A DNA stretch of 64,000 nt from an uncultured Poribacteria bacterium. Lineage in GTDB: Bacteria; Poribacteria; WGA-4E; WGA-3G. Location of the stretch: the NCBI GenBank assembly GCA_958296135.2, contig CATQHZ020000001.1:3648001-3712000 (forward strand). Direction: 5' to 3'. The notes beneath the pieces were generated by a model that was not told the origin of the DNA, did not search any database, and saw only the letters and a program-made list of their open reading frames with translations. Shown in pieces: positions 50,500-60,392 of the stretch (within the stretch, counting starts at the first letter, position 1; each line of letters starts with the position of its first letter). Both the position numbers and the translations under genes were made by a program.

Positions 50500-51513
50500 A
50501 TGACAAAACTGCTAGAAGTGCGAGACCTCCGAAAATATTTCCCAATACAGAAAGGACTCCTGCAACGCACCGTCGGCTATGTCAAGGCGGTAGACGGCAT
50601 TAATTTTGACGTGCATCGCGGCGAAACCCTCGGGCTTGTGGGCGAAAGTGGATGCGGCAAGACGACAGCAGGACGGTGCCTCCTCCGCTTAATTCCGACG
50701 ACAAGCGGCAGCTTCACCTTCGGGGAAGAGCAGGTAGATCTGGCGACGTTAACGCATCGGGAAATGCAACCCTACCGCCGACGCATCCAGATGATTTTTC
50801 AGGACCCGCACGCTTCCCTCAACCCACGGATGACGGTGGCAGACATTGTCGGGGAACCGCTGCGTGTCAATCGTGGGGCGGTAGCAGCAAACTCGCGAGC
50901 GCAAATCCAAGAACGCATCGCCGAATTGCTAGAATCTGTCGGCTTGAAATCGCAAGATATGCGCCGATACCCGCACGCCTTCAGCGGGGGGCAGCGGCAG
51001 CGCATCGGCATTGCGCGCGCGTTGGCACTGAACCCCGAACTGATTGTCGCCGATGAGCCGGTCTCCGCACTCGATGTCTCCGTGCAGGCGCAGATTCTGA
51101 ACTTATTGGCGGAACTGCGTGAGAAGTTCCAGCTCTCCTATATTTTCATCGCGCACGACTTGAGCGTTGTTGAACACATTAGCGATAGAGTCGCCGTGAT
51201 GTATCTCGGCAAGATTGTGGAGATAAGCGACGCGGAGACGCTGTATAGTGCGCCACAGCATCCTTACACGGAGGCGTTAATCGCCGCCGTGCCGCTCCCC
51301 GACCCGAGCGCGCAACGCAAACGCGAACAAATCCGATTGGAGGGTGACGTGCCAGACCCTTCGCAACCGCCGACCGGGTGTCATTTTCACCCACGGTGCC
51401 GTTACGCAACCGAGCAGTGCAAGCAAGAAACGCCGCAACTCCGAGAAGTCGCACCCGGCGTGCAGGTAGCATGCCATCACAGCGAGACGTTGGAGTTACG
51501 AGGAGTCTCATGA
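50500..51513 (+). CDS. Oligopeptide/dipeptide ABC ATPase (OppF/DppF-like)
   Basis: [32 protein letters not shown]. Confidence 0.93.
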   Translation: MTKLLEVRDLRKYFPIQKGLLQRTVGYVKAVDGINFDVHRGETLGLVGESGCGKTTAGRCLLRLIPTTSGSFTFGEEQVDLATLTHREMQPYRRRIQMIFQDPHASLNPRMTVADIVGEPLRVNRGAVAANSRAQIQERIAELLESVGLKSQDMRRYPHAFSGGQRQRIGIARALALNPELIVADEPVSALDVSVQAQILNLLAELREKFQLSYIFIAHDLSVVEHISDRVAVMYLGKIVEISDAETLYSAPQHPYTEALIAAVPLPDPSAQRKREQIRLEGDVPDPSQPPTGCHFHPRCRYATEQCKQETPQLREVAPGVQVACHHSETLELRGVS

Positions 51514-53111
51514 AAAATCTTGAAAATGTCCTCTTTTATGGCGATTGTCTGGACAACCTCCGAAAATATATTGCAGACGAGACGGTAGACGGCTGCTACC
51601 TCGATCCGCCGTTCAACTCCGATGCAAACTATAACCGGCCTTTTCAGCGCAAGGAGCAGGGGAAACAGCAGAAACCGCCGGCGATGGCGTTCCACGATAT
51701 GTGGCATTGGGACGAAGCAGCGCAGCGCGCTTACGAACGCCTGCTCGCCGCGCCGCGTGCCGAGATTGCAAACATGGCGCGCGGCTTGTATCTCATCCTC
51801 GGTGAGAAACCGATGACAGCCTACTGCTTCTACATGGCAGAACGGCTCATCGAAATCTATCGCGTGCTGAAACCTACAGGGAGCCTCTATCTCCACTGCG
51901 ATGCGACAGCGAGCCACTATCTGAAAGTCATCCTGGACGCAATTTTCGGGGAAGGAAATTTCCGAAACGAGATTATTTGGCACTACTACAATAAATTTGG
52001 TGCCGGTAAAAACGTCTTCGGCCGCAACTATGACCAGGTTTTGTTTTACTCAAAGACGGATAAATACCAATTCAACCCGCTTCGAGTCAAGCGTGAGAAG
52101 CCGGTGCGGCAATTGGTGCGTGAAAACGTCAACGGTGTCTTGAAAAACAAGCGTGACGCGGAAGGAAATCTGATGTATCGCGTTGTTAATGACAAAAAAT
52201 TGGATGCCGTTTGGACGATTCCGTGCCTGCAACCCGCTTCACGCGAGCGGCTCGGCTACCCGACACAAAAGCCGTTAGCACTGTTGGAAAACATCGTCAA
52301 AGCGTGTTCCAATGAAGGGGATTTAATTCTGGATCCGTTTTGTGGGTGCGGCACGACGCTCCACGCCGCACACAAACTCAACCGTCACTGGCTCGGCATG
52401 GACATCAGTTATGGCGCGATTAACGTCGTCAAAGAACGGCTACAAGACGCTTTCTCGGACAATGCCCTCCGCTTTGCCATTTACAACGCGCCTGATTCTT
52501 ATGAGCAGGCAGTCGCCTTAGCACAACAGGAGGCAGCCGAGGTCCAACTGGTTCAGGCAAAGAACCGGCAAGGCCGCAGCAAGCATCAGGCGCGGTATGA
52601 TTTCCAGAACTTCATCCTCGGTCAGATTCGGGATGCACAGGGCCGCCTGCTGTTGCAACCCAGTCAGAGTCTCAGTCGCGATGGCGGCATCGATGGCTGG
52701 GGCACGCTTTATCTCGGCGTTGACGAAAAGGGGCAGGACAAAGAGGGGCTCATCCTTGTCCAAGTGAAAACCAGCAAACGCATTGGGCGGCGCGAGATAG
52801 ACGAATTCTATGGCGTGCTGAAGGCAGAGGCGGCTTCGATGGGCATCTTCATCAGCCTCTATGGACACCGCCTGAACGGTTATGAAGAAGTGCTGAGTCC
52901 GGAGGCGAAGGCGCGCGTGGCTCTGCTTCAGGAACGCACGTTTGTGCATCCGTTAGATGGCCGTGCCTGGCCCGAATTCCAATTCTGGAGTGTGAGCGAT
53001 TTGATGGAAAATCGGCAGCCGCAACTCCCGAGTTCTGCCAGAAGCGACGTGCCAAAAGCCGTGCGCGAAGTCGAAGAAACACAACTCAAATTGGAAGTTG
53101 CGGAGGTTTAA
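51510..53111 (+). CDS. Beta-class N4/N6 DNA methyltransferase fused to an Mrr-like PD-(D/E)XK domain, copy 1
   Basis: [20 protein letters not shown]-terminal DGGIDG...LVQVK; ATG 51510 overlaps the oppF-like stop. Confidence 0.88.
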   Translation: MKNLENVLFYGDCLDNLRKYIADETVDGCYLDPPFNSDANYNRPFQRKEQGKQQKPPAMAFHDMWHWDEAAQRAYERLLAAPRAEIANMARGLYLILGEKPMTAYCFYMAERLIEIYRVLKPTGSLYLHCDATASHYLKVILDAIFGEGNFRNEIIWHYYNKFGAGKNVFGRNYDQVLFYSKTDKYQFNPLRVKREKPVRQLVRENVNGVLKNKRDAEGNLMYRVVNDKKLDAVWTIPCLQPASRERLGYPTQKPLALLENIVKACSNEGDLILDPFCGCGTTLHAAHKLNRHWLGMDISYGAINVVKERLQDAFSDNALRFAIYNAPDSYEQAVALAQQEAAEVQLVQAKNRQGRSKHQARYDFQNFILGQIRDAQGRLLLQPSQSLSRDGGIDGWGTLYLGVDEKGQDKEGLILVQVKTSKRIGRREIDEFYGVLKAEAASMGIFISLYGHRLNGYEEVLSPEAKARVALLQERTFVHPLDGRAWPEFQFWSVSDLMENRQPQLPSSARSDVPKAVREVEETQLKLEVAEV

Positions 53112-54773
53112 GTGATGACAAACGCCCTCTTTTACGGTGATTGTCTGGACAATCTCCGAAAATATATTGCAGACGAGACGGTGGATGGCTGCTACCTCGA
53201 CCCGCCGTTTAATTCCAATGCAAACTATAACCGGCCTTTTCAGCGCAAGGAGCAGGGGAAACAGAAGAAACCGCCGGCGATGGCGTTCCACGATATGTGG
53301 CATTGGGACGAAGCAGCGCAGCGCGCTTATGAACGCCTGCTCGCCGCGCCGCGTGCCGAGATTGCAAACATGGCGCGCGGCTTGTATCTCATACTCGGTG
53401 AGAAGCCAATGACAGCCTACTGCTTCTACATGGCAGAACGGCTCATCGAAATCCATCGCGTGCTGAAACCTACAGGGAGCCTCTATCTCCACTGCGATGC
53501 GACAGCGAGCCACTATCTGAAAGTCATCCTGGACGCAATTTTCGGGGAAGAAAACTTTCGGAATGAAATCGTCTGGTATTATGACAACCGGCTCTCTCGA
53601 AAAGCCGCGCAGTTTTCGCGATTGCACGACACACTTCTCCTCTACGGCAAAACAAGAGCGGCGAAGCACGCGCTGATTTATGACGAAAATTGGACTCCCT
53701 CGCCGACGCAGGAACGTCGATTAGCACGAGGTTACGAATTTCGCAAAGGGGCCCTGATTATCTACGACGAGGCGAAATTCGCGCAGAGCGGCATTGATGA
53801 AAGCCAGTATCCCCGCGTTTATCGCTCAAAAGCGGGCCAACCGCCGCTGGGAGATGTCTGGTCCATCCCGATTTTGAACCCGATGGCGAAGGAGCGGCTG
53901 GGTTATCCAACGCAGAAACCGCTCGCCTTGTTGGAACGGGTTATCAAAGCTTCGTCTCAGGAAGACGATGTGATTCTGGACCCGTTCTGTGGCTGTGGCA
54001 CAACGCTCCACGCCGCACACAAACTCAACCGACGCTGGCTCGGCATGGACATCAGTTACGGGGCCATCAATGTCGTCAAGGAACGCTTGCAGGATGCCTT
54101 CGCCGATGAAGAGCTTCGGCTCGGAAACGGGTTCTCCCTCTATAACACGCCTACCTCTTATGAGGAAGCGGTCCAACTGGCGGAACTTGAGGCGCAGGAT
54201 ATTCAGGGAGTTGCGGAGAAGAACAAGCAGAGCCGGCGCAGCAAGCATCAAGCACGGTATGACTTCCAGAATTTCATCCTCGGTCAGATTCGGGATGCAC
54301 AGGGCCGCCTGCTGTTGCAACCCAGTCAGAGTCTCAGTCGCGATGGCGGCATCGATGGCTGGGGCACGCTTTATCTCGGCGTTGACGAAAAAGGGCAGGA
54401 CAAAGAGGGGCTCATCCTTGTCCAAGTGAAAACCAGCAAACGCATTGGGCGGCGCGAGATAGACGAATTTCTCGGGGTGATGTCAGCGGAAGAAGCCACG
54501 ATGGGCATCTTCATCAGCCTGCACGGCCATCAGCGCGCAGGCTACACTGATGTGCTAACTCCCGAAGCGAAAGCGCGGGTAGCACAAGTTGGGCAGCGCA
54601 CGTTTGTGCATCCGTTAGATGGCCGTGCCTGGCCCGAATTCCAATTCTGGAGTGTGAGCGATTTGATGGAAAACCGGCAGCCGCAACTCCCGAGTTCCGC
54701 TAGAAGCGACGTGCCAAAAGCCGTGCGCGAAGTCGAAGAAACACAACTCAAATTGGAAGTTGCGGAGGTTTAA
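53112..54773 (+). CDS. MTase-Mrr-like fusion, copy 2
   Basis: Same motifs, near-identical N- and C-terminal DNA, different central segment. Confidence 0.88.
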   Translation: MMTNALFYGDCLDNLRKYIADETVDGCYLDPPFNSNANYNRPFQRKEQGKQKKPPAMAFHDMWHWDEAAQRAYERLLAAPRAEIANMARGLYLILGEKPMTAYCFYMAERLIEIHRVLKPTGSLYLHCDATASHYLKVILDAIFGEENFRNEIVWYYDNRLSRKAAQFSRLHDTLLLYGKTRAAKHALIYDENWTPSPTQERRLARGYEFRKGALIIYDEAKFAQSGIDESQYPRVYRSKAGQPPLGDVWSIPILNPMAKERLGYPTQKPLALLERVIKASSQEDDVILDPFCGCGTTLHAAHKLNRRWLGMDISYGAINVVKERLQDAFADEELRLGNGFSLYNTPTSYEEAVQLAELEAQDIQGVAEKNKQSRRSKHQARYDFQNFILGQIRDAQGRLLLQPSQSLSRDGGIDGWGTLYLGVDEKGQDKEGLILVQVKTSKRIGRREIDEFLGVMSAEEATMGIFISLHGHQRAGYTDVLTPEAKARVAQVGQRTFVHPLDGRAWPEFQFWSVSDLMENRQPQLPSSARSDVPKAVREVEETQLKLEVAEV

Positions 54774-56360
54774 GTGATGACAAACGCCCTCTTTTACGGT
54801 GATTGTCTGGACAATCTCCGAAAATATATTGCAGACGAGACGGTGGATGGCTGCTACCTCGACCCGCCGTTTAATTCCAATGCAAATTATAACCGGCCTT
54901 TTCAGCGCAAGGAGCAGGGGAAACAGAAAAAACCGCCGGCGATGGCGTTCCACGATATGTGGCATTGGGACGAAGCAGCGCAGCACGCTTATGAACGCCT
55001 GCTCGCCGCGCCGCGTGCCGAGATTGCAAACATGGCGCGCGGCTTGTATCTCATACTCGGTGAGAAGCCAATGACAGCTTATTGCTTCTACATGGCAGAA
55101 CGGCTCATCGAAATCCATCGCGTGCTGAAACCTACAGGGAGCCTCTATCTCCACTGCGATCCAACAGCGAGCCACTATCTCAAGGTAATCCTAGACGCGA
55201 TTTTCGGTGAGCAGAACTTCCGGAATGAAGTTATCTGGCGCATCGGATGGGTGAGTGGGTTTAAGACGCAGAAGCGAGGTTGGATCCGCAATCACGATAC
55301 GTTGCTTTACTATACGAAAACGCCTGCAGCACAGCAAGTGTTCAACAAGGAGTATTTGCCGTATCCGCCGGGTTATGTCCGACGAGACGGGGCGAAACCG
55401 AAGGGCAAGGGTATCCCGATAGAAGACACCTGGAATTGCCATTCAGGGGATAGACTGGACTCAATTATGATCAAAAGTTTCTCCACTGAAAAATTGGGGT
55501 ATCCCACCCAAAAACCGCTGGCCCTCCTTGAACGCATTATCAAAGCGTGTTCCAATGAAGGGGATGTGATTCTGGATCCGTTTTGTGGGTGCGGCACGAC
55601 GCTCCACGCCGCACATAAACTCAATCGACGTTGGCTCGGCATGGACATCAGTTACGGGGCCATCAACGTCGTCAAAGAACGGCTACAAGACGCTTTTTCG
55701 GACGAAGCACTCCGCCTCGGCAACGGGTTCACGATTTACGATGCGCCCGATTCCTACGAACAGGTGGTAGCCTTGGCACAACGAGAAGCTGAGGAAGTTC
55801 GGCAGGTGCAGGCGAAGAACCGGCAAGGCCGCAGCAAGCATCAAGCACGGTATGACTTCCAGAATTTCATCCTCGGTCAGATTCGGGATGCACAGGGCCG
55901 CCTGCTGTTGCAACCAAGTCAGAGTCTCAGTCGCGATGGCGGCATCGACGGCTGGGGCACGCTTTATCTCGGCGTTGACGAAAAGGGGCAGGACAAAGAG
56001 GGGCTCATCCTTGTCCAAGTGAAAACCAGCAAGCGTATCGGCCGGCGCGAGATAGACGAATTTCTCGGGGTGATGTCAGCGGAAGAAGCCACGATGGGCA
56101 TCTTCATCAGCCTGCACGGCCATCAGCGCGCAGGCTACACCGATGTGCTAACCCCCGAAGCGAAAGCGCGGGTAGCACAAGTTGGGCAGCGCACGTTTGT
56201 GCATCCGTTAGATGGCCGTGCCTGGCCCGAATTCCAATTCTGGAGCGTGAGCGATTTGATGGAAAATCGGCAGCCGCAACTCCCGAGTTCCGCTAGAAGC
56301 GACGTGCCAAAAGCCGTGCGCGAAGCCGAAGAAACACAACTCAAACTTGAGGTTACGTAG
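54774..56360 (+). CDS. MTase-Mrr-like fusion, copy 3
   Basis: Same motifs, with a third distinct central segment. Confidence 0.88.
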   Translation: MMTNALFYGDCLDNLRKYIADETVDGCYLDPPFNSNANYNRPFQRKEQGKQKKPPAMAFHDMWHWDEAAQHAYERLLAAPRAEIANMARGLYLILGEKPMTAYCFYMAERLIEIHRVLKPTGSLYLHCDPTASHYLKVILDAIFGEQNFRNEVIWRIGWVSGFKTQKRGWIRNHDTLLYYTKTPAAQQVFNKEYLPYPPGYVRRDGAKPKGKGIPIEDTWNCHSGDRLDSIMIKSFSTEKLGYPTQKPLALLERIIKACSNEGDVILDPFCGCGTTLHAAHKLNRRWLGMDISYGAINVVKERLQDAFSDEALRLGNGFTIYDAPDSYEQVVALAQREAEEVRQVQAKNRQGRSKHQARYDFQNFILGQIRDAQGRLLLQPSQSLSRDGGIDGWGTLYLGVDEKGQDKEGLILVQVKTSKRIGRREIDEFLGVMSAEEATMGIFISLHGHQRAGYTDVLTPEAKARVAQVGQRTFVHPLDGRAWPEFQFWSVSDLMENRQPQLPSSARSDVPKAVREAEETQLKLEVT

Positions 56361-56446
56361 CGCGGCCTCCGTCCCAGCTAGCAGTGACGTAGCGCGGGGG
56401 CCTGTCCCCCGCGATAGGACAACAATCAAAAACCTAGAGGTGCATC

Positions 56447-57409
56447 ATGCGCAAAGTAACAGCAACCTATCAACCACCGCATGCGATGTCGCCGGAGGAA
56501 TTGGCAGCGTGCCGCCGGCACCTGGAACGTCAGTGGGAGACTCAACGCGTGGATGCGGCATTGCTCCAACGCGCCTGGGACACTGCCTATCAAGTGGCGG
56601 CGATGCTCTATCAAGACTTCGGCGCGACGCGCGTCGCTGTGTTCGGCTCCCTCGCAGAGCCAGAGTGGTTTACCTCCCAGTCGGACATTGACATTGTTGC
56701 CTGGGGCATTTCGCGGGACGCGTATTGGGATGCGTATGGCAAAGTGATATACTTCGAGCCGGCGTTCAAGATTGATTTCGTCACCTTTGAGGAGACGAAA
56801 GGCCTTTTTCGAGAGCGCGTGCAAAGTCAAGCCGTTTTCATTGAAAACCACGCCGGGGGGACACCGAAGCAGCCCGCTGCTGCCTATTGTCCCCCTATTT
56901 CGGCGGAGAGAGGAGGACGCTACGAAATGAACCGAAGCCGACTTATCCAACGAATCGCCGATGAACGCGTAAAAATAGAAGGAACGATTGCGCGAATTCA
57001 TCGAGGTTTGGTAAGAATTGAACTGACTGCTGCCGAGGACAGAGAATTTATTGAAGGGAATATCGCGACAAGCCTCGCCGAGGGCTACGAAGGGATGGAA
57101 AAAATCTTCAAACGCATCGCCCGTGAAGTGGACACGCATGTCCCAAGCGGTGCTGAGTGGCACAAAAGACTGCTCGCCCAAATGGCTGCACGCCGCGTGG
57201 CGCGTCCCCCTGTCCTCTCCCAGGAGACAACCGCACTATTAAGAGAACTCTTAGAGTTCCGCCACAAAGTCCGCAACATCTACGGCGACGAACTGATTTA
57301 CGCAATCACCGAAGCGCATGCAAAGCAAATCCCCCAACTCTTTGCACGCGTGTGCGCAGACCTGGATACTTTCGCCGATTCACTCGAAAAGGAGGAATCT
57401 TCAAAATGA
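56447..57409 (+). CDS. Fused minimal nucleotidyltransferase (MNT) and HEPN/HepT-like RNase
   Basis: VFGSLA...SDIDI MNT motif; C-terminal WHKRLL...FRHKVRNIYG; internal AGGAGG plus ATG at 56927. Confidence 0.85.
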   Translation: MRKVTATYQPPHAMSPEELAACRRHLERQWETQRVDAALLQRAWDTAYQVAAMLYQDFGATRVAVFGSLAEPEWFTSQSDIDIVAWGISRDAYWDAYGKVIYFEPAFKIDFVTFEETKGLFRERVQSQAVFIENHAGGTPKQPAAAYCPPISAERGGRYEMNRSRLIQRIADERVKIEGTIARIHRGLVRIELTAAEDREFIEGNIATSLAEGYEGMEKIFKRIAREVDTHVPSGAEWHKRLLAQMAARRVARPPVLSQETTALLRELLEFRHKVRNIYGDELIYAITEAHAKQIPQLFARVCADLDTFADSLEKEESSK

Positions 57410-59337
57410 AAACATGTCGACAGATTTTCACATTCACCTTACTCATCCTGCTCGTTGGATGCGCAGGAAACCAAATCGAAAATACATCTAACTTCCCGAA
57501 CGGACTGGAGGCGACAGAGGCACCCATGCTCGCAAAGCAGGTTGCCGATGGCACGCTGCCGCCCCTCGCCGAACGCTTGCCGGAAAACCCGCTCATCGCT
57601 AAAACCGATTTTGATGGCTACGAAAAACTCGGCATCTATGGCGGTACCTGGCACCGATTCCATACTCACCCCGAGCTCGGGACATGGAAGATGACAGCCG
57701 GCTACGCGCCACTCATCCGGTGGAAATTCGATGCCTCCGGCCTAGAACCCGGCCTCGCCGAATCATGGGAATTCAACGAAGATGGCAGCGTACTGACGCT
57801 GCATCTCCGGAAAGGTGTCCGCTGGTCGGACGGGCATCCGTATACCTCCGAATCGTTTGCTTTCTGGTATGCGCTCTGTCTTGACAAGCGGCACAAATAT
57901 AACCCCCCGGTCTGGTGCAAGGTGAACGGTATCCCGATGGAGGTGGAAACGCCCGATGACTACACAATCGTGATGAAATTCGCAGGACCGAATTGGCTCG
58001 TCCCGCTGTGGCTGGCGACTGGGTTTTGGTGGTGCAATCAATACAACATCCCGAAGCACTATATGATGCAGTTTCACCCCGAAGGCAATGCGGCGCATGA
58101 GGATTTTATCCAATTTGAGAAGGAGAATCTACCGCACCAAAACCCCGAACGTCCGACGCTGTGGCCGTGGCGCGTCAGAAAATATGAAAAGGGCGGATTT
58201 CGGGTGGAATTGGAACGCAATCCGTATTACTATGTAGTGGACACGGAGGGAAGGCAGCTGCCTTACATCGACACGGTGAAAACCAGCTTGGTGCCGGAAC
58301 CGCAGGTGCGCGTACTCAAAATCCTCGCTGGCGAAATTGATTGCCAATACCGCGGCATGGAATTGCGAGATCTGGCACTCTATCTGAAGGGACAAGAGAA
58401 GGGAGGCTACACCGTGCGGCGATGGAAAAGCACGGCAGGCGCGCAACCAGCCATCCTGATTAACTGGACCGCGCCAGACCCGGCGTTACGGCAACTCATC
58501 CGCAACCAGAAATTTCGGAAGGCACTCGCCTACGGCATTGATAGGGAGAAATGCAACGAAATCGCGTGGCGCGGGTTGCTCGAACCGCAAGCCGCCACGG
58601 TGAGCCAAGAGGGATGGCACTTTGCCGACGAAGACGGGCAAACGCTGTTTGAGGCATGGAAGCGCGCCGATGCCGATTTTGACATCGCAGCAGGGAACCA
58701 GCTCTTAGACGAAATGGGGTTAACGACGCGCGATAAGGACGGCTACCGGCTGCGCCCCGATGGCGAACGGATTGTGATGCTGATGGATGTCCCCAGTTCC
58801 AATCTGAACAGCCAACAGAACGACATCGGGTTGATTATTCAGGAAGGGTGGGAGGCACTCGGCTTAAAAACGATGCTCTACACACCACCGGGCGCAGAAC
58901 TGAGTCTGCGCCGCACCCTCGGCAAATTCACGATTAGCATGCACGGTGAGGCAGAGATGGATCTGTTTACCTATCCGGATTGGGTGTTTCCAACGCTGCC
59001 CAAGTATTGGCACCCGAAGGTGGGCAAATGGTATGAGACCGGCGGCGAACAAGGCGAACCTGCCACCGGGCCGCTCAAGAAGCTGCTCGATTTATACGAC
59101 GCAATCAAGCGGGAACCCGATGCAAAACAGCGGCACCAATACGTCCGAGATGCCGTGCAGATTCATATTGACGAGGGGCCGTTCCATCTCGGTTCAGCGG
59201 CGCGTTCGCCTTCGCTGCTCGTTGTTGCAAACCATTTTCACAACGTGCCAAATGATGGCATCCTGGGGCCCTGGGCTATCGTCACCCCCGCGACTAGCTA
59301 TCCCGAACAGTGCTGGATAGACAAAAACGGACGTTGA
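57406..59337 (+). CDS. Peptide ABC transporter substrate-binding lipoprotein (family 5)
   Basis: Lipobox LVGC, LPPLAERLPENP, LRKGVRWSDG, RNPYY...GRQLPYID; GGAGG RBS. Confidence 0.92.
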   Translation: MKTCRQIFTFTLLILLVGCAGNQIENTSNFPNGLEATEAPMLAKQVADGTLPPLAERLPENPLIAKTDFDGYEKLGIYGGTWHRFHTHPELGTWKMTAGYAPLIRWKFDASGLEPGLAESWEFNEDGSVLTLHLRKGVRWSDGHPYTSESFAFWYALCLDKRHKYNPPVWCKVNGIPMEVETPDDYTIVMKFAGPNWLVPLWLATGFWWCNQYNIPKHYMMQFHPEGNAAHEDFIQFEKENLPHQNPERPTLWPWRVRKYEKGGFRVELERNPYYYVVDTEGRQLPYIDTVKTSLVPEPQVRVLKILAGEIDCQYRGMELRDLALYLKGQEKGGYTVRRWKSTAGAQPAILINWTAPDPALRQLIRNQKFRKALAYGIDREKCNEIAWRGLLEPQAATVSQEGWHFADEDGQTLFEAWKRADADFDIAAGNQLLDEMGLTTRDKDGYRLRPDGERIVMLMDVPSSNLNSQQNDIGLIIQEGWEALGLKTMLYTPPGAELSLRRTLGKFTISMHGEAEMDLFTYPDWVFPTLPKYWHPKVGKWYETGGEQGEPATGPLKKLLDLYDAIKREPDAKQRHQYVRDAVQIHIDEGPFHLGSAARSPSLLVVANHFHNVPNDGILGPWAIVTPATSYPEQCWIDKNGR

Positions 59338-59405
59338 ACGACATCCGGATACGCGGTTTCCAACTGCGACTACCGGAAACTCTGTCCCAGAGAGGAGGCA
59401 AAACC

Positions 59406-60392
59406 ATAGGCACTTACATCCTTCGCCGCTGTCTGCTCGCATTGCCGACACTGCTGGCGATTTCTATCATCTCTTTTATTATCATACAACTCCCGCAAGG
59501 CGATTACCTCGATAGGGAAATTCAGCGGCTCGAGGAAGAATTCGGCGATAGCAGCTCCCTCGCGCAAGTCGAAGAACTGCGAGAACGCTACGGCTTGAAC
59601 GATCCGCTGTGGAAACGCTATTTCATCTGGATGGGCGGTTTCGTGCGCGGCGACTTCGGCGAATCCTTTGAGTATAAACGCGAGGTGCATGAACTGATAT
59701 GGGACAGACTCGCATTTACCCTGATTATTTCCATCGGCTCGCTGATTTTCACGTATGTCGTTGCCATTCCACTCGGTATTTATTCGGCGACACATCAGTA
59801 TAAATGGTCAGATAATTTTCTCACCTTCCTCAGTTTTGTAGGGATGTCACTGCCGGCGTTTCTGGTGGCGTTATCGCTGATGGTGTTCGCGTTTGACATT
59901 TTCGGCGTGCCGCTGTTCGGGCTTTTCTCGGCTTACTATGAAGGCGCGCCGTGGACCTGGGGCAAACTGGGAGATTTGTTCAAACACCTCTGGATTCCGG
60001 TGATTGTCGTCGGTGTCAACGGCACGGCGAGTTTAATGCGCATCATGCGCGGTAACTTGCTTGATGTGCTCGGGCAACCGTTCGTGCAGACGGCCCGCGC
60101 GAAGGGATTGAAAGAAGTTGTCGTTGTCGGGAAGCACGCCGTGCGCATCGCCATCAATCCGCTCATCAGCATTTTAGGGATGAGCCTGCCCGGCATCCTC
60201 TCCGGCTCCGCTATCGTATCCATCGTGCTCGGTTTGCCGACAGTCGGGCCGATTCTTTTAAGAAGCCTGCTCAATGAAGACATCTACCTCGCCGGCACGC
60301 TGTTGATGATGCTGAGTTTGCTTTTGGTTATCGGAAACTTGTTGGCAGACATCGCCCTAGCATGGGTAGACCCGAGGATTCGCTATGAATAA
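59406..60392 (+). CDS. Peptide ABC permease (OppB-like), apparent ATA start
   Basis: AGGAGG-7 nt-ATA GGC ACT TAC ATC CTT CGC CGC ([M]GTYILRR), GDFGES, TARAKGL, DPRIRY. Confidence 0.88.
   Translation: MGTYILRRCLLALPTLLAISIISFIIIQLPQGDYLDREIQRLEEEFGDSSSLAQVEELRERYGLNDPLWKRYFIWMGGFVRGDFGESFEYKREVHELIWDRLAFTLIISIGSLIFTYVVAIPLGIYSATHQYKWSDNFLTFLSFVGMSLPAFLVALSLMVFAFDIFGVPLFGLFSAYYEGAPWTWGKLGDLFKHLWIPVIVVGVNGTASLMRIMRGNLLDVLGQPFVQTARAKGLKEVVVVGKHAVRIAINPLISILGMSLPGILSGSAIVSIVLGLPTVGPILLRSLLNEDIYLAGTLLMMLSLLLVIGNLLADIALAWVDPRIRYE

Noticed and set aside
51378-51509. N-terminal extensions called by the ORF track (also 57157, 59310, 61431, 36719, 34273, 27419)
   Set aside because: They overlap upstream genes or promoters; downstream starts have better RBSs or match family N-termini.
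51510-56360. Invertible (shufflon-type) specificity switching at the MTase triplet
   Set aside because: All copies are direct, full-length genes; no inverted repeats or site-specific recombinase are seen nearby.
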